A stretch of DNA of 64,000 bases from Mobula hypostoma. Taxonomy: Eukaryota. The notes beneath the pieces were generated by a model. The model did not search any database and was not told the origin of the DNA. It saw nothing but the letters and a program-made list of their open reading frames with translations. The stretch spans positions 208,260,001 through 208,324,000 of the forward strand of contig NC_086097.1 in NCBI RefSeq assembly GCF_963921235.1. Reading direction: 5' to 3'. How positions within the stretch are numbered: position 1 is the first letter of the stretch; every line of letters starts with the position of its first letter. A program made the position numbers and the translations under genes. Below, piece after piece: positions 1 through 11,747 of the stretch.

Positions 1-634
1 GACCATCAGAAAGGGTTATGGATTTCGTGGAAGAGATTATTGCACAAGGTAATACCGTGCAGCCTATAATTCCCTCACTCAGGGGTTGGAAAATATTTTC
101 TTTTAATTAACTCTATCAAACGATAAAATAAAATTCATAAGAATTGTAATTTTTAAATTATAATTGAATAACAATTTTACTAATGAACTCATTTTAATCT
201 GGCCCATTTAGTACCTCATTCTAAAGCAGTCAACTATCGCTAAAGTATCAAGGGAAATGGGGATTATGTAATTAATATGCTGTGAATTTTACAATATATT
301 CATGCCCTGTAGGCTACAAGAGCATTCATATAATCATAACCTAATAAATAATGAATTGTACTTCACCCATTTGACATTATATTTATAAATGTAGGTGAAA
401 TATATTATTAATTTTAAAGGTGTGACTGATGAAGAAGAACAGCCATCTTCACACCATTTTTTGTTTGCCTGTTTCATTTTCAGAGATCTCTGGCCCATTG
501 ATCTTTGTCAGCAGAATACTAAGAGAGTGCATTTTTAGCTAACCAGTTTAATGTGTTGGGTTGGGATAATTTTTTTTAAATAAAGAAAATAAGGTAAGAT
601 AAAGTTGCTGTTACAGATGGATGTAACAGAAAGG

Positions 635-795
635 CAGAAAATGCTGGCAAGATGCAACTGGTCAGGCAGCTCCTGTGGAAAAAGGAGCAGAGTTAACATT
701 TCAGGTTGATGAAGTGTCTTTGAACTGAAATACTAACTACTTTTCCTTTTCTACAGGAGTTGCCATCAAAAGTGTTTCCATCATTTTCTGCTTTT
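635..795. mobile_element. Old degenerate Penelope-like fold-back repeat
   Basis: aaatgctggcaagatgcaactggtcaggcagc...ttgatgaagtgtctttgaactgaaa resembles the younger fold-back copies elsewhere in the window. Confidence 0.5.
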
Positions 796-2559
796 ATTTC
801 ACATTTTCATCACTTGCGGCTATTTGATTTTCTAGAAAGGCAATTAGTTTGGTAGGTGAAAAATATATATATTATTAGCTACCATGTTACCATGTTTTGA
901 ACCACTGTTGACTTTGCCACATATTTAATATCAAATTGGCATTTACAGACTAATCTACCTGCTGCACAGTTAAAAGGATAGTGAAATTACAGTGCAATTG
1001 CAATTAAAAAGTCTCGGAGATAAATTATTGACATTCTGCAATATTGATTATAGGCTATAGCAATCTTTAGCCTAATCGGCTAAGTGAGGTGCCTATACAG
1101 CTATGCGCATCTTACACTGTGAGTAAAATTAGGCGATCACTTTCAGCGGTGGTGAGAATAAAAGGACTGACTTGCTGCCGCAGGGAGGAGAAGGTGTCAG
1201 CTTTATTGAATATGATAGTGGAAAGCTCTCAACAAATGAAATGTACTGACAGGGTGGTGAAAGAATGTATTAAATGGGAGGGAAATTGGGGAGAAACTGC
1301 AGGGAAAAAAACATGAAGGGACTAGTCAAAAGTGGATGGAGGGTTCAAAGTTCTGTGAATGTGAGATAAGATGAGAGAAATTAAACGATGGCTGGAGGAT
1401 AGAAAAAGGCAAGAAAGTCCGGGGTTTGAAATCAGAGCTGCTGCCAGCAGAAAGACTGGATGTGCCACCTTCACAGTTGTTTTGGGTAGACTGTTAATTA
1501 CATTGGTAACTGTACTTGGGGAAATCGTATCAATGTAGAAAGATAGAAAATAACTGAAGGATTCAGGCTCTTACATAACAGCTTAAACCACCTCCAGGAA
1601 AATGGTTTATTTATTTTCCTCACTTCATACTTAATAGATAGAATGTCAGTGCTGGCAGTGTGTTTTGAATTTTCATTATTTCATTGTCTAATGGAAGTAA
1701 TGATGCTCAGTTAAGCTGCAAAGCTCCTGGACACGGACCTCTTTAAGATTTGGAATTGCTTTGCTTCATTCTGTTGTTAGACGGTTACTTTGAACATTGC
1801 ACCTTATTTGAATGGATTCTTCTGGCAGTCTCAATTAGATCTATCAGCAAATTGATGAATCTGGTCATTTCCACACAAACAACTATAACACTAATAATTA
1901 GTGAGGGAAAAGGTCCCAATGGGTGTACGAGGTTTCGTCGACTTGGAAGAAATGGTGATGGTGAAGCTCTGCGTGGAAAGGTCAGCGATCTGAGAGAACA
2001 GTCGCTTTTCACAGATGCTGAGAGCACAGGCAATGGTGCAGGAAAGAGTGTGGAAGAATTTTAACACACAAATTAGTTAGCAATTTTCAAAAGTACTCAC
2101 GCAGGCATCAGAAAGCAAATCTTGATGACTGAAAACAGCAGGCTCGTCAGAAAATCTTGAAGGCACGCAAAATAGGCAGAATAAATTCTCAAAACATGGA
2201 TCAGGTAGAAAGAGTTCAGAAGATTGGAAACAAAGTTATTTTTCAAGATAATTATGGCGGCATGTTCTACTCCAATTATTTGAATATTGAAATATAATTA
2301 GTTATCTGAAAAAATTTGAATTTCTCGGTAGATCATTATTCAGATTGTTTTCTAGTAATGTGCTATTCGTGATTTAAGTAAATCTGGTTCATCATTGTTC
2401 CAGTATCTTTGTAATAAATTCAGACAGAAAATACATTGCCGTTTCCTTTTATCTGAGTGATGTAAATTGCATGGTGCAGAAATGGATTCTTGTGCCGTAG
2501 CTCTTGCTAATGGATCGTGATAAATCCATTTCTTCCATTGAACTATACAGTCATATACA

Positions 2560-2872
2560 CTACAGTACAGAAACAGGATCTGCAACCCATCTAGTCCATG
2601 CTGGACTAATAATCTGCTGAGACCCATCGACCTGCAGCCTGACCATAGCCCTCCACAGCTCTCCCATCCATGTACCTATCTAAATTTCTCTTAACTGTTG
2701 AAATCCAACCAACGTCCATCCCTTCCACACTCTCATCACCCTCTGAGTGAAGAAGTTTCCCCATCATGTTTCCCTTAAGCATTTCACCTTTTACCCTTAA
2801 CCTATGATCTCTAGTTCTCGTCTCAGCCAACCTCACTGGAGAATGCCTGCTTGCATTTACCCTATCTATACC
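2560..2872 (-). mobile_element. CR1-like LINE 3' fragment
   Basis: ORF 2606..2836 (ETRTRDHRLRVKGE...RNLDRYMD) matches the CR1 ORF2 C-terminus, followed by 3' UTR. Confidence 0.8.
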
Positions 2873-3573
2873 AAGCTACCTTCAGATGAAATACAGTAAA
2901 CAGCAAACATAAATGACTGCTGAAAAGAAAATGGGCAGTTCAGTCTTTTAGGTTTTTTCCTGTTACCCAGAAGGGGCAATCTTTATGTAAAAAATTTATG
3001 AAGATTGTTATTCAAGTGTAAATTATTATCTAAGCTGTATATTCTTAATTGCTTGACCTTCTATAACGTAAATCCATGTGCCCACTGCATTTACAAAAGT
3101 GTTATATTCTGCGTAGCATTTTGAAAACCTGGAACCTCATTCATTTTCCCAACAGATTGTTTCAATACATTTGCTTTATCCCCCCACTATTTCAGAATCA
3201 GAATCAGGTTTAATATCACTGGCATATGTCATGAATTTTGTTAACTTTGTGGCAGCAGTGCAGTGCAGTACATCTTCACAGAGAGAAAAACTGGTGAATT
3301 ACAGTAAGTATACAGTATATATAAAATATTAAATAGTTAAATAAGTAGTGCGAAGATAGGAATAAAAAAGTAGTGAGGTGGTGTTCATGGGTTCAATGTC
3401 CATTCAGAAATCAGATGCAGAGAAGAAAAAACTATTCCTGAATTGCTGAGTGTGTGCCTTCAGGATTATGAACGTCCCTCCTGAGGGCAGCAATGAGAAG
3501 AGGGCATGTCCCGGGTGGTGGGCAGTCCTTAATGATGAATGCCGCCTTTCTGAGAAACCGCACCTTAAAGATG

Positions 3574-4328
3574 CAAACAAGAGAAAATCTGCAGATGCTG
3601 GAAATCTGAGCAACACACACAAAAAGCTGGAGGAACTCAACAGGCCAGGCAGCATCTATGGAAAAAAGTACAGTCAAAGTTTCAGGCCAAGACCTTTCGG
3701 CAGGTCAGGAGAAAAAAAGATGAGTACATTTTAAAAGTAGGGGAGGGGAGAGGGAAACGCAAGGTGATAGGTGAAACCGGGTTGAAGTGAAGAGATGGGA
3801 AGTTGATTGGTGAAAGAGATACAAGGCTGGAGAAGGGAGAGTCTGATTGATGGGAGAGGACAGAAGGCTATGGAAGAAAGAAAAGTGGGGGGAAGAGCAC
3901 AACAGGGAGGCAGGAGATCAGGGTTTCGGCCTGAAACATCGGAAGTACTTTTTTCCATAGATGCTTGAATTTCCAGCATCTGCAGAACTTCTCGTGTTTA
4001 CATTTTTATCCCTTTTGCCAATCACCTGTCCAGCTCTTGGCTCCATCCTTCCCCCTCCTGCCTTCTCCTATCATTTTGGATCTCCCCCTCCCCCTTCCAC
4101 TTTCAAATCTCTTACTAGCTCTTTCTTCAGTTAGTCCTGATGAAGAGTCTCGGCCCGAAACGTGGACCGTACCTCTTCCTAGAGATGCTGCCTGGCCTGC
4201 TGTGTTCACCAGCAACTTTGTTGTGTGTTGCTTGAATTTCCAGCATCTGCAGAATTGCTCGTGTTTATGTTTTTCCATGGATGCTGCCTGGCCTGCTGAG
4301 TTCCTCCAGCATTTTGTGTGTGTTGCTG
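3574..4328. mobile_element. Penelope-like fold-back element containing a younger nested copy (about 3966-4269)
   Basis: Outer TSD cttaaagatg (3564-3573) / cttgaagatg (4329-4338); inner TSD tttttccatagatgct (3950-3965) / tttttccatggatgct (4270-4285); hammerhead-like motif at 4133-4168. Confidence 0.75.
4133..4168 (+). ncRNA. Mutated minimal hammerhead ribozyme motif
   Basis: agtc CTGATGA a gag tctcgg ccc GAAA cg t g gacc. Core is present, but the cleavage triplet is GUG and stem II has a mismatch. Confidence 0.6.
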
Positions 4329-5274
4329 CTTGAAGATGTCCTGGATTCTATGGCGGCCAGTGCCCATGACGGAGCTGACCAAGTTTACAACTCTTTGCAG
4401 CTTCCTTCAATCCTGTGCAGTATCCCCCACCCTCATGCCAGACAGTGTGCAGCCTGTTAGAAGGCTCTCCAAGGTACATATGTAGAAATTTGTGGGTGTT
4501 TTTGGTAAATACTAAATCTCCTCAAACTCCAGATAAAATATAGCAGTTTTCGTGCTTTCTTTATAGCTGCATCGATATGCAGCATCTGGTTCAACTATTT
4601 TTTTTAAAAATACACAGCCATAATTTTGTTATGGATGTCGTAACTTAGTAACTTTCATCTTATGTATCACATTTCTGGCATTCAGCAACTTTTATCCCTC
4701 TTCACTACTACTTCTGATTTTCTCTCTCATTCCATTTACCATCTCCTCCGTTACCGCTTTCTTTCAGGGGGCACCTCCACCACTCTTATCCCAGTCATCC
4801 CTGTCTTCCACATGATCACAAACCTTCACATATAGGGGGAAAAGACCTGTTGAGTGTTTCCAACTTCTACTGTTTTTAAATGTTCAGCCCTATCCAACAT
4901 CCAACAGCATATTGCCAGGTGAGAAGTTGTAAATAAGCTCAGCAGGTTGACAGGAAAGCATATTTATAAAACAGTGTCCATCATTTGAGAAATTTTGTGA
5001 GGCGGTAAATGGAAAAATCCTGTTGCTCAAGGAGGAATCATCTCATAGAAATGCCTAGACTTCAATCATTAGGAAATGAAAGAAATCAATAATCTGGAGC
5101 AAATAGCTGTAGGAAACACCCTAATTGACAGTCATAAATAAAGGATGAAATACTTGGTAGCTTTGACAGCATCTGTGGAGATAGAAACAGAGTTAATGTT
5201 CAGATTGATGAGCAGAAAACCAGGCAGCTGACTTGGATTCTGACTAATTTTACCGGCCATTGTTCAAGAAAGAA

Positions 5275-6590
5275 CGTAGAAATAGGAGCAAGAGTAGTCC
5301 ATCCGGCCCATCAAGCCTGCCCTGCCATTCAATAAGATCATGGCTGATCTGTCCATAAACTCAGCTCCGTCTACCTGTCTTTACCCATAACCCAAAGGGT
5401 CTCGGCCTGAAACGTTGACTGTACCTCTTCCTAGAGATGCTGCCTGGCCTGCTACGTTCACCAGCAACGTTGATGTGTGTTGCTTGAATTTCCAGCGTCT
5501 GCAGTATTCCTGTTGTTTGTGTAACTGTTTCTTAAATATATTTAGTGAAGAAGCCTCAACTGCTTCTCTGGGCAGGGAATTCCACAGATTCACCACTCTC
5601 TGGGAAAAACTTTTTTCTCATCTCTGTCTTAAATCTTCTCCCCTGAATCTTGAGGCAATGTCCCCTAGTTCTAGTCTCACCTACCAATGGAATCAACTTT
5701 CCTACTTCTATCTTATCTATCCCTTTCAAAATTTTGTATGTTTCTATAAGATCCCCTCTCATTCTTCTGAACTCCAGAGAGTGTAGTCCCAGGCAACTCA
5801 ATCTCTCCTCATAGGTTAACCGCTTCATCCCTGGAATCAACCTGGTGAACCTCCTCTGCTCTGCTTCCAAAGCCAGTATATCCTTCCTCGAGTACGGAGA
5901 CCAGAACTGCACACAGTACTCCAGGTGTGGCCGCACCAGTACCCTGTATAGTTGCAGCATGACCTCGCTGGTCTTGAATTCAATCCCTCTAGCAATGAAG
6001 GTCAACATTCTGTTTGCCTCCTTAATAACCTGTTGTACCTGCAAGCTAACTTTTCGCAATTCATGAACAAGCACTCCCAAGTCCCTCTGCACGAAAGCAT
6101 GCTGCAACCTTTCACCATTTAAATAATAATCTGCTCTTCTATTATTCCTTCCAAAAGTGGATGATCTCGCATTTATCAAAGTTGTATTCCATCTGCCGGA
6201 CCTTGGCCCACTCACTTAACCTATATATATCCCTCTGCAGACTCTCCACATCCTCTGTACAATTTGCTTTTCCACTCAGTTTAGTGTCATCAGCAAATTT
6301 TGCTATGCTACATTTAGTCCCCTCTTCCAAATCATCAATGTAAATGGTAAACAGCTGCGGGCCCAACACCGACCCCTGCGGCACTCCACTCACCACCGAC
6401 TGCCAACCGGAGAAACACCCATTTATACCAACCCTGCCTTCTATTGGTTAACCAATACACTATCCATGCCAATACACTTCCTCCGACTCTCTGCATCCGT
6501 ATCTTGTAAGTCTATTGTGTGGCACCTTATTGAATGGCTTCTGGAAATCCAGGTATACGACCCACCTGTTCCCATCTATCCACTGCAACA
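5275..6590 (-). mobile_element. CR1-like LINE, RT to 3' end (pseudogenised)
   Basis: ORFs with [20 protein letters not shown] and LVRPHLEYCVQFWSP; frameshifted. Confidence 0.92.
5395..5521 (+). mobile_element. Penelope-like repeat fragment inside the CR1 3' UTR
   Basis: aagggtctcggcctgaaacgttgactgtacctcttcctagagatgctgcctggcc is near-identical to the 9970-10058 and 52753-52877 copies. Confidence 0.8.
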
Positions 6591-6659
6591 TTTAAATTGA
6601 TTCCTAGAAGACATGCGACAAAATATTCTTAGGAATTTCAAAAAGTTTTCATTGAAATC

Positions 6660-6755
6660 CACACAATCCTGTTGAAGGGCCTGAAAAATTAAGTTTATTC
6701 CTCTCCATGGATGCTGCCTGATCTGCTGAGGTCCTCCAGCATTTTATGTGTGTTA
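6660..6755 (+). mobile_element. Penelope-like repeat fragment (older)
   Basis: ggatgctgcctgatctgctgaggtcctccagcattttatgtgtgtt. Confidence 0.6.
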
Positions 6756-7439
6756 CCAACAAAGGTGAGCCATTGAATGACTGGTAGAAAGAAATGAGTC
6801 GGAAAACAGTTGCTAGTGGATTCAGATTGAACTGAATCAAGTGAATGAATGGTGTGGCTCCTCATCATTTTTTTCTTAATTCACTTATTTATTTGGGATT
6901 TGCTTGATATATTTGCAGATGGTGCAAATCCATAATGAACTGTAATCTCAGAGGTATCTCAGTAATGAATCAAATCATTCATATTTCATCCTTGTAACAA
7001 TAAGAGTGTGTGGACTCTAAGTTTTCCCATGTCAATGTACACTAAGTATGATTAGTATAATTCTGGATCAAGTCCTCATATGATCATAACATCTTGATAA
7101 GGATTTGTAAATAGTGGGTGAGATCCAGTGAATCTGATTAAATTATTTTTTTAAATGAATAAATGAATTTAATTAGGTGCCAAGCAAATGAATTTCTGAA
7201 AGGTATTCACTAACATCCCCAAGAACAGATTTTTAACAATGCAGTTAAAGTTAAAGAAACCACAGGTTAATTATTTGCCTCTCTGAAAATTTTTATCAGT
7301 TGTAGGATTGAGAAGATACAGATATTAGTTGTGAGTTCTCTAAATAACAGGAGGTGATTCATTAAGACATCCCACAGAGATCTGTTTGGGGATTTCAATC
7401 ATTCACTGGAGTTATTAACAACTTGGATATCAAAATGAA

Positions 7440-7780
7440 GAGCTATTGCTTATAAATTTGCTGATAGGTGTCATTGTTAAGATGTGATTAGATCACTGTT
7501 TTCAAGATTTTAAGGGGAACTGATAAGTCAGTCTTCTTATTAGTTGACAAATCTGGAATAAAAGTTTATAACCTACAAATTAGAACCAAGCTTCTCAGGG
7601 AAAGAAATTGAAAAAGACATCCACATGAAGGTTGGCAGTTGGATCATTTTAATTTTATAATTGGTAGTTTTCTTTTTATGAAAGATATAATGGGAAGGAA
7701 AGGAAGGGATGGTGTACAGATCAGTCATAATCCTATTGAAGGACAAGAATGAGGAGCACTGTATCTAAATTCCTATTGTC
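7440..7780 (+). mobile_element. Old CR1-like 3' fragment
   Basis: Degenerate GDLITVFKILRG-like coding remnant followed by a CR1-type 3' UTR. Confidence 0.45.
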
Positions 7781-8204
7781 CTGGTTAGAAATAATTATGA
7801 GGAAAATGGAAAATGAGCTGGCCAGAGTTTACTTATGTATCCAAATAATATGATCCAGTTATAAATAAAACAAACACAGTGGACTGCATTTCCAGATGAT
7901 ATAATCCAAGTTTTCACAGTGCTCTGCTAAGATCCCAACTCGATTGTAGTCAGGTTCTGGATACAGCGGCATGCATAAGGGAACAATAAGCTCTTCATGT
8001 TGATATAGGAGAGAGTAATATGTCTGACCTGTGAAAAATATGCAGTAAATAGTCTCTCCAGTGTTAAAAGTAGATATTTTGGGAAGAATTTAATAGGGTA
8101 TGTATTACAGAGCTATGAAATTTTTAAAGAAATTGCTTTTTTAAAAATTGTTTCTGGTTTGGTTAATTGTTGCCTACTTTAAACCAAGAGATTAGTCTAT
8201 TTTT

Positions 8205-8570
8205 ATACTTTTATACTTTACACTTTATTGTTGCCAAACAATTGATACCAGAGCGTACAATCATCACAGCGATATTTGATTCTGCTCTTCATGTTCCCTG
8301 GAGTACAAATCGATAGTAAATATTAAAAATTTAAATTATAAATCATAAATAGAAAATAGAAAAGGGAAAGTAAGGTAGTGCAAAAAAACTGAGAGGCAGG
8401 ATACTTGGAGGGTACGGCCCAGATCCGTGTCAGGATTTGTTCAGCAGTCTTATCACAGTTGGAAAGAAACTGTTCCCAAATCTGTCCGTACGCGTCTTGA
8501 AGCTCCTGAGCCTTCTCCTGAAGGGAAGAGGGATGAAAAGTGTGTTGGCTGGGCGGGTCATGTCCTTGAA
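8205..8570 (-). mobile_element. Rex1/Babar-like LINE 3' end
   Basis: Reverse complement of the 33450-33845 family, with a (tacttt)n tail. Confidence 0.8.
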
Positions 8571-9896
8571 ATAATTTTGGTGGATAATGTAATCATGCTT
8601 TTTTAATTAATTCTTTATTTGGCATGAGTAGCAGCCATCTAATTGTACAACTTTACATCTTGTACAGTATATCTTTTAATGTACATCTCTGATCTCTGAT
8701 TATGTTTGTGAAGTGCTCATGAGCTACCTCTTGGAGTTCTTGTATCACTACTGGTAAATGTGTTCCCTCATGACCAATGGACAAGGAGTTCCAGAAGTTA
8801 GGTTCCGTGGTGATGAACAGCAATACATAGTTATTTTGGATTTGTGTGACTTGTTGAGATCTGATGACAGTCTAAAGCATGTCGCTGTCATCCTGATTAA
8901 TTCGGGAGTTGCTGTCGGGGTAGCATAGATATGTGACTGCTGTATATTTTGTAGAATGGTGCACTGTAGCCATGGCATGTTACAAATGGAGTAAATAAAT
9001 GTTGAGTGGTATAAATGGAGTATCAATTAATCAGGCTGCTTTGTCCTGGCTAATGTTCAGTGTCTTGAGTGTTGTTGGGGCGGGTGAGTGGAGAGAATTC
9101 TCGCAGAATCATGACGTTGGATGGATATCGAGCCTTTTAATTTATCTTTTGAAAAGCAATTTAATTTCCTAGCAGAAACAGGAATGCAGTTTTTTATAGT
9201 TGCAGGAAGAAGGAAACTTTTCAGTTAGTAATCAGCAGGTTATGGTGGAAGCACAATGACTATATGGTCTAATTCCGTTCCTATGTCTTATGGTCTTATT
9301 GACTAAGTTTATAATGTGATCCTTAATAAATTATATCAGGGAATGTTATATTTATTTTTGATTAATTCTAAATGGGTAGTATTCCTAGTAAACTCCATAT
9401 TAAAACAAAAGATTGCTCACTGGACCATCATTATCTGTGAATAGGTTTTAGAATTTTGGGCTCTTTTATGTAAATATCTTGAAGGAAAATAAGTGAATTA
9501 TTGCAACCAAAATATCTTAGAGCAAATTCTCAGCCTCTGGCTTATCTCAGCATGATCATGCATTTTTAATAGGTGATGATCCATTCTGATCATTTATAAT
9601 AGCATTATTCTCAATATTTGCCAATTCTGTTGAGATCAGAATAGAGTTCAGTAATATTAACTGCCTTCATGAGAAGGGCTTCAGTGTCTATTTTATGTGA
9701 CACGAACACTTTCTTTTCTTTGTTATTGCTTTTAGCAGATCATTATCATCTGTCAATGTTAAGTTGTATGAGCTAACACGACTTAAAATTCTGAATGATC
9801 ATAGTTATCTTCCATAAATAGTTAAAGCTAGAATCTTGTTTTGCCATAACGAATGTATCAGGCATATGACTTAGAAGTCAGTGCAAGTGAAATAGG

Positions 9897-10058
9897 CAAA
9901 CAACAGGAATCCTGCAGACGCTGGAAATTCAAGCAACACACATCAAAGTTGCTGGTGAACGCAGCAGGCCTGAAGGGTCTCGGCCTGAAACGTCGACTGT
10001 ACCTCTTCCTAGAGATGCTGCCTGGCCTGCTGCGTTCACCAGCAACTTTGATGTGTGT
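9897..10058. mobile_element. Young Penelope-like fold-back insertion
   Basis: Perfect 15-bp TSD tgcaagtgaaatagg (9882-9896 / 10059-10073); inverted arms; hammerhead truncated at the inversion junction. Confidence 0.85.
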
Positions 10059-10589
10059 TGCAAGTGAAATAGGAATAGTCTTGCCCATCCCTTGATCATT
10101 CTGCTGACAGAATCACTCTTAGCTGTCCCCATCGTCATCGCTGTTCCAATCCCAGTTTCCAAATCTGATGTCCTATAATTTACCGGTGCTTTCGGCCTTC
10201 GAGCCTTTTGGTCTGCTGATGCCACTCTTCTGCAGTCTCCAAATCCATGCTTGCTTGTAACCCTCTCCACTACAACCCCTAATATGTGCCTCCATCCCAC
10301 CTTCCCTCCTGATTTCAGTGACAATGTCCTTCTCCCCATCCTTATCCCTTTATATTTTCCAACTGATCTCACTGTGACCTCCTGTTCACCTTCCACCATC
10401 TCCTCTTGCCAAGCAATAGCATATCAACAATAAAGTCCTGCCAGAGATTCTAGTTCATTCAGATCTCTTCATCCTCAAGATTTCCTGGTGCCTGTTGTAC
10501 CAAATGCCACCAATCACATCGTCCCATTCTCTCTCCCCTGAATTTCACTAGGTTACAGAAACATGAAGTAGTGAAGGTGTCAATGGAAC

Positions 10590-10690
10590 AGGTCTCGTCC
10601 TGACGAAGGGTCTCGGCCCGAAACGTTGACTGTACCTCTTCCTAAAGATGCTGCCTGGCCTGCTGCGTTCACCAGCAACTTTGATGTGTT
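10590..10690 (+). mobile_element. Young Penelope-like insertion
   Basis: 10-bp TSD tcaatggaac (10580-10589 / 10691-10700). Confidence 0.85.
10597..10630 (+). ncRNA. Minimal type I hammerhead ribozyme motif with intact core
   Basis: gtc CTGACGA A GGG tctcgg CCC GAAA CG T T gac. Stem I gtc/gac, core CUGANGA plus an extra A, stem II GGG/CCC, GAAA, palindromic ACGU, GUU cleavage triplet. Confidence 0.7.
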
Positions 10691-11747
10691 TCAATGGAAC
10701 TGGTGCTGACTTTCAACAGGGTCCTTGGCTTTTACACTTTGGTTCTCTTGATGAAATGTGTTGTGTATGATTATTTCAGTGAGAAGTGCAATCTTTATTG
10801 TAATTTGTACTACTCTGATGACACATATTGACAATTATTCAGTCAATTGCATGCTGCAGAATAAGTCCAATATAATTCAGTTTCAGAAAGCAATTTCCTG
10901 TGCTGATGCTTTGGTAAAAGTGAATATCAAATACAAACTTAATGGGAAACAAGCAACAAATTATATTGTTGTTTAATAAAGTGGTACAAATATGGAATGC
11001 ATCAATCCCTCGGCACACCAGAGACTCTTTTTTACTCATTGCCATATCATATTTAGACTTGTTGTTCTGCCAAACTTCATGGCGAAGGCTTTTTATTTGG
11101 TATTACTTAATTGTCCTGTGGGAATACTACAGCCCATTATTATCTATATGGAAAAATTCAATAATAATTTACCTGAATGAAGTTACATTCAGCAGCATAT
11201 GAAATTTTTCCTTCATGTAAAATTACCCTTGGGAGTCAAAAAAATATGTCGCAGTGAGATGATAGTTATACATGAAATCAATTTATCAAGTACAGTTCTA
11301 TTGCACCTCAAATTCACCTGTGTTCCTGGGAGATCAATTTATTGAAATACAAAACAGAACTTCATGTATGTATATTTATATTCAATTTTGGCTAACATAA
11401 TTAATCTTTATCAAGTATTATTTACTGATAATAAATAATTTTCTGACACTATAAAACATACATGCTTGATTAGTATTCTATTTAATTTGTTAAATTTTTA
11501 AAATGAAATTAAAATCAACTACTGCCAGACTGAAGAAGTGGATATTTGAAACCTGAAAAATCACAATTTTCGTGCTTTTTAAGAGATAAAAGTAGTTTGA
11601 AAAAATACAGGTATTTTGGGTAGTAAATCTGAGGCATAATTCCATGAGTAAATGTCATGACTAGGAAAATTAAGGACTTAATTAAAGACAAATGATCTTT
11701 GAAAAATATTCTTAGAAAAGTTGTTAATTTGAATTATAAGCAAGAGG

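Larger units (their letters stand above)
3191..4580 (-). mobile_element. Rex1/Babar-like LINE 3' part, interrupted by Penelope-like insertions
   Basis: (tcagaa)n tail near 3192; ORF2 C-terminal motif HHPGHALFSLLPSG...FRNSFF; the LINE resumes after about 4338. Confidence 0.75.

Noticed and set aside
1750..2064. 104-aa ORF
   Set aside because: Non-ATG start, no recognisable homology and no convincing splice boundaries.
3965..4333. Recurrent 'PRDAAWPA' peptides in several ORFs suggesting a protein family
   Set aside because: These are translations of the non-coding Penelope-like terminal repeat.
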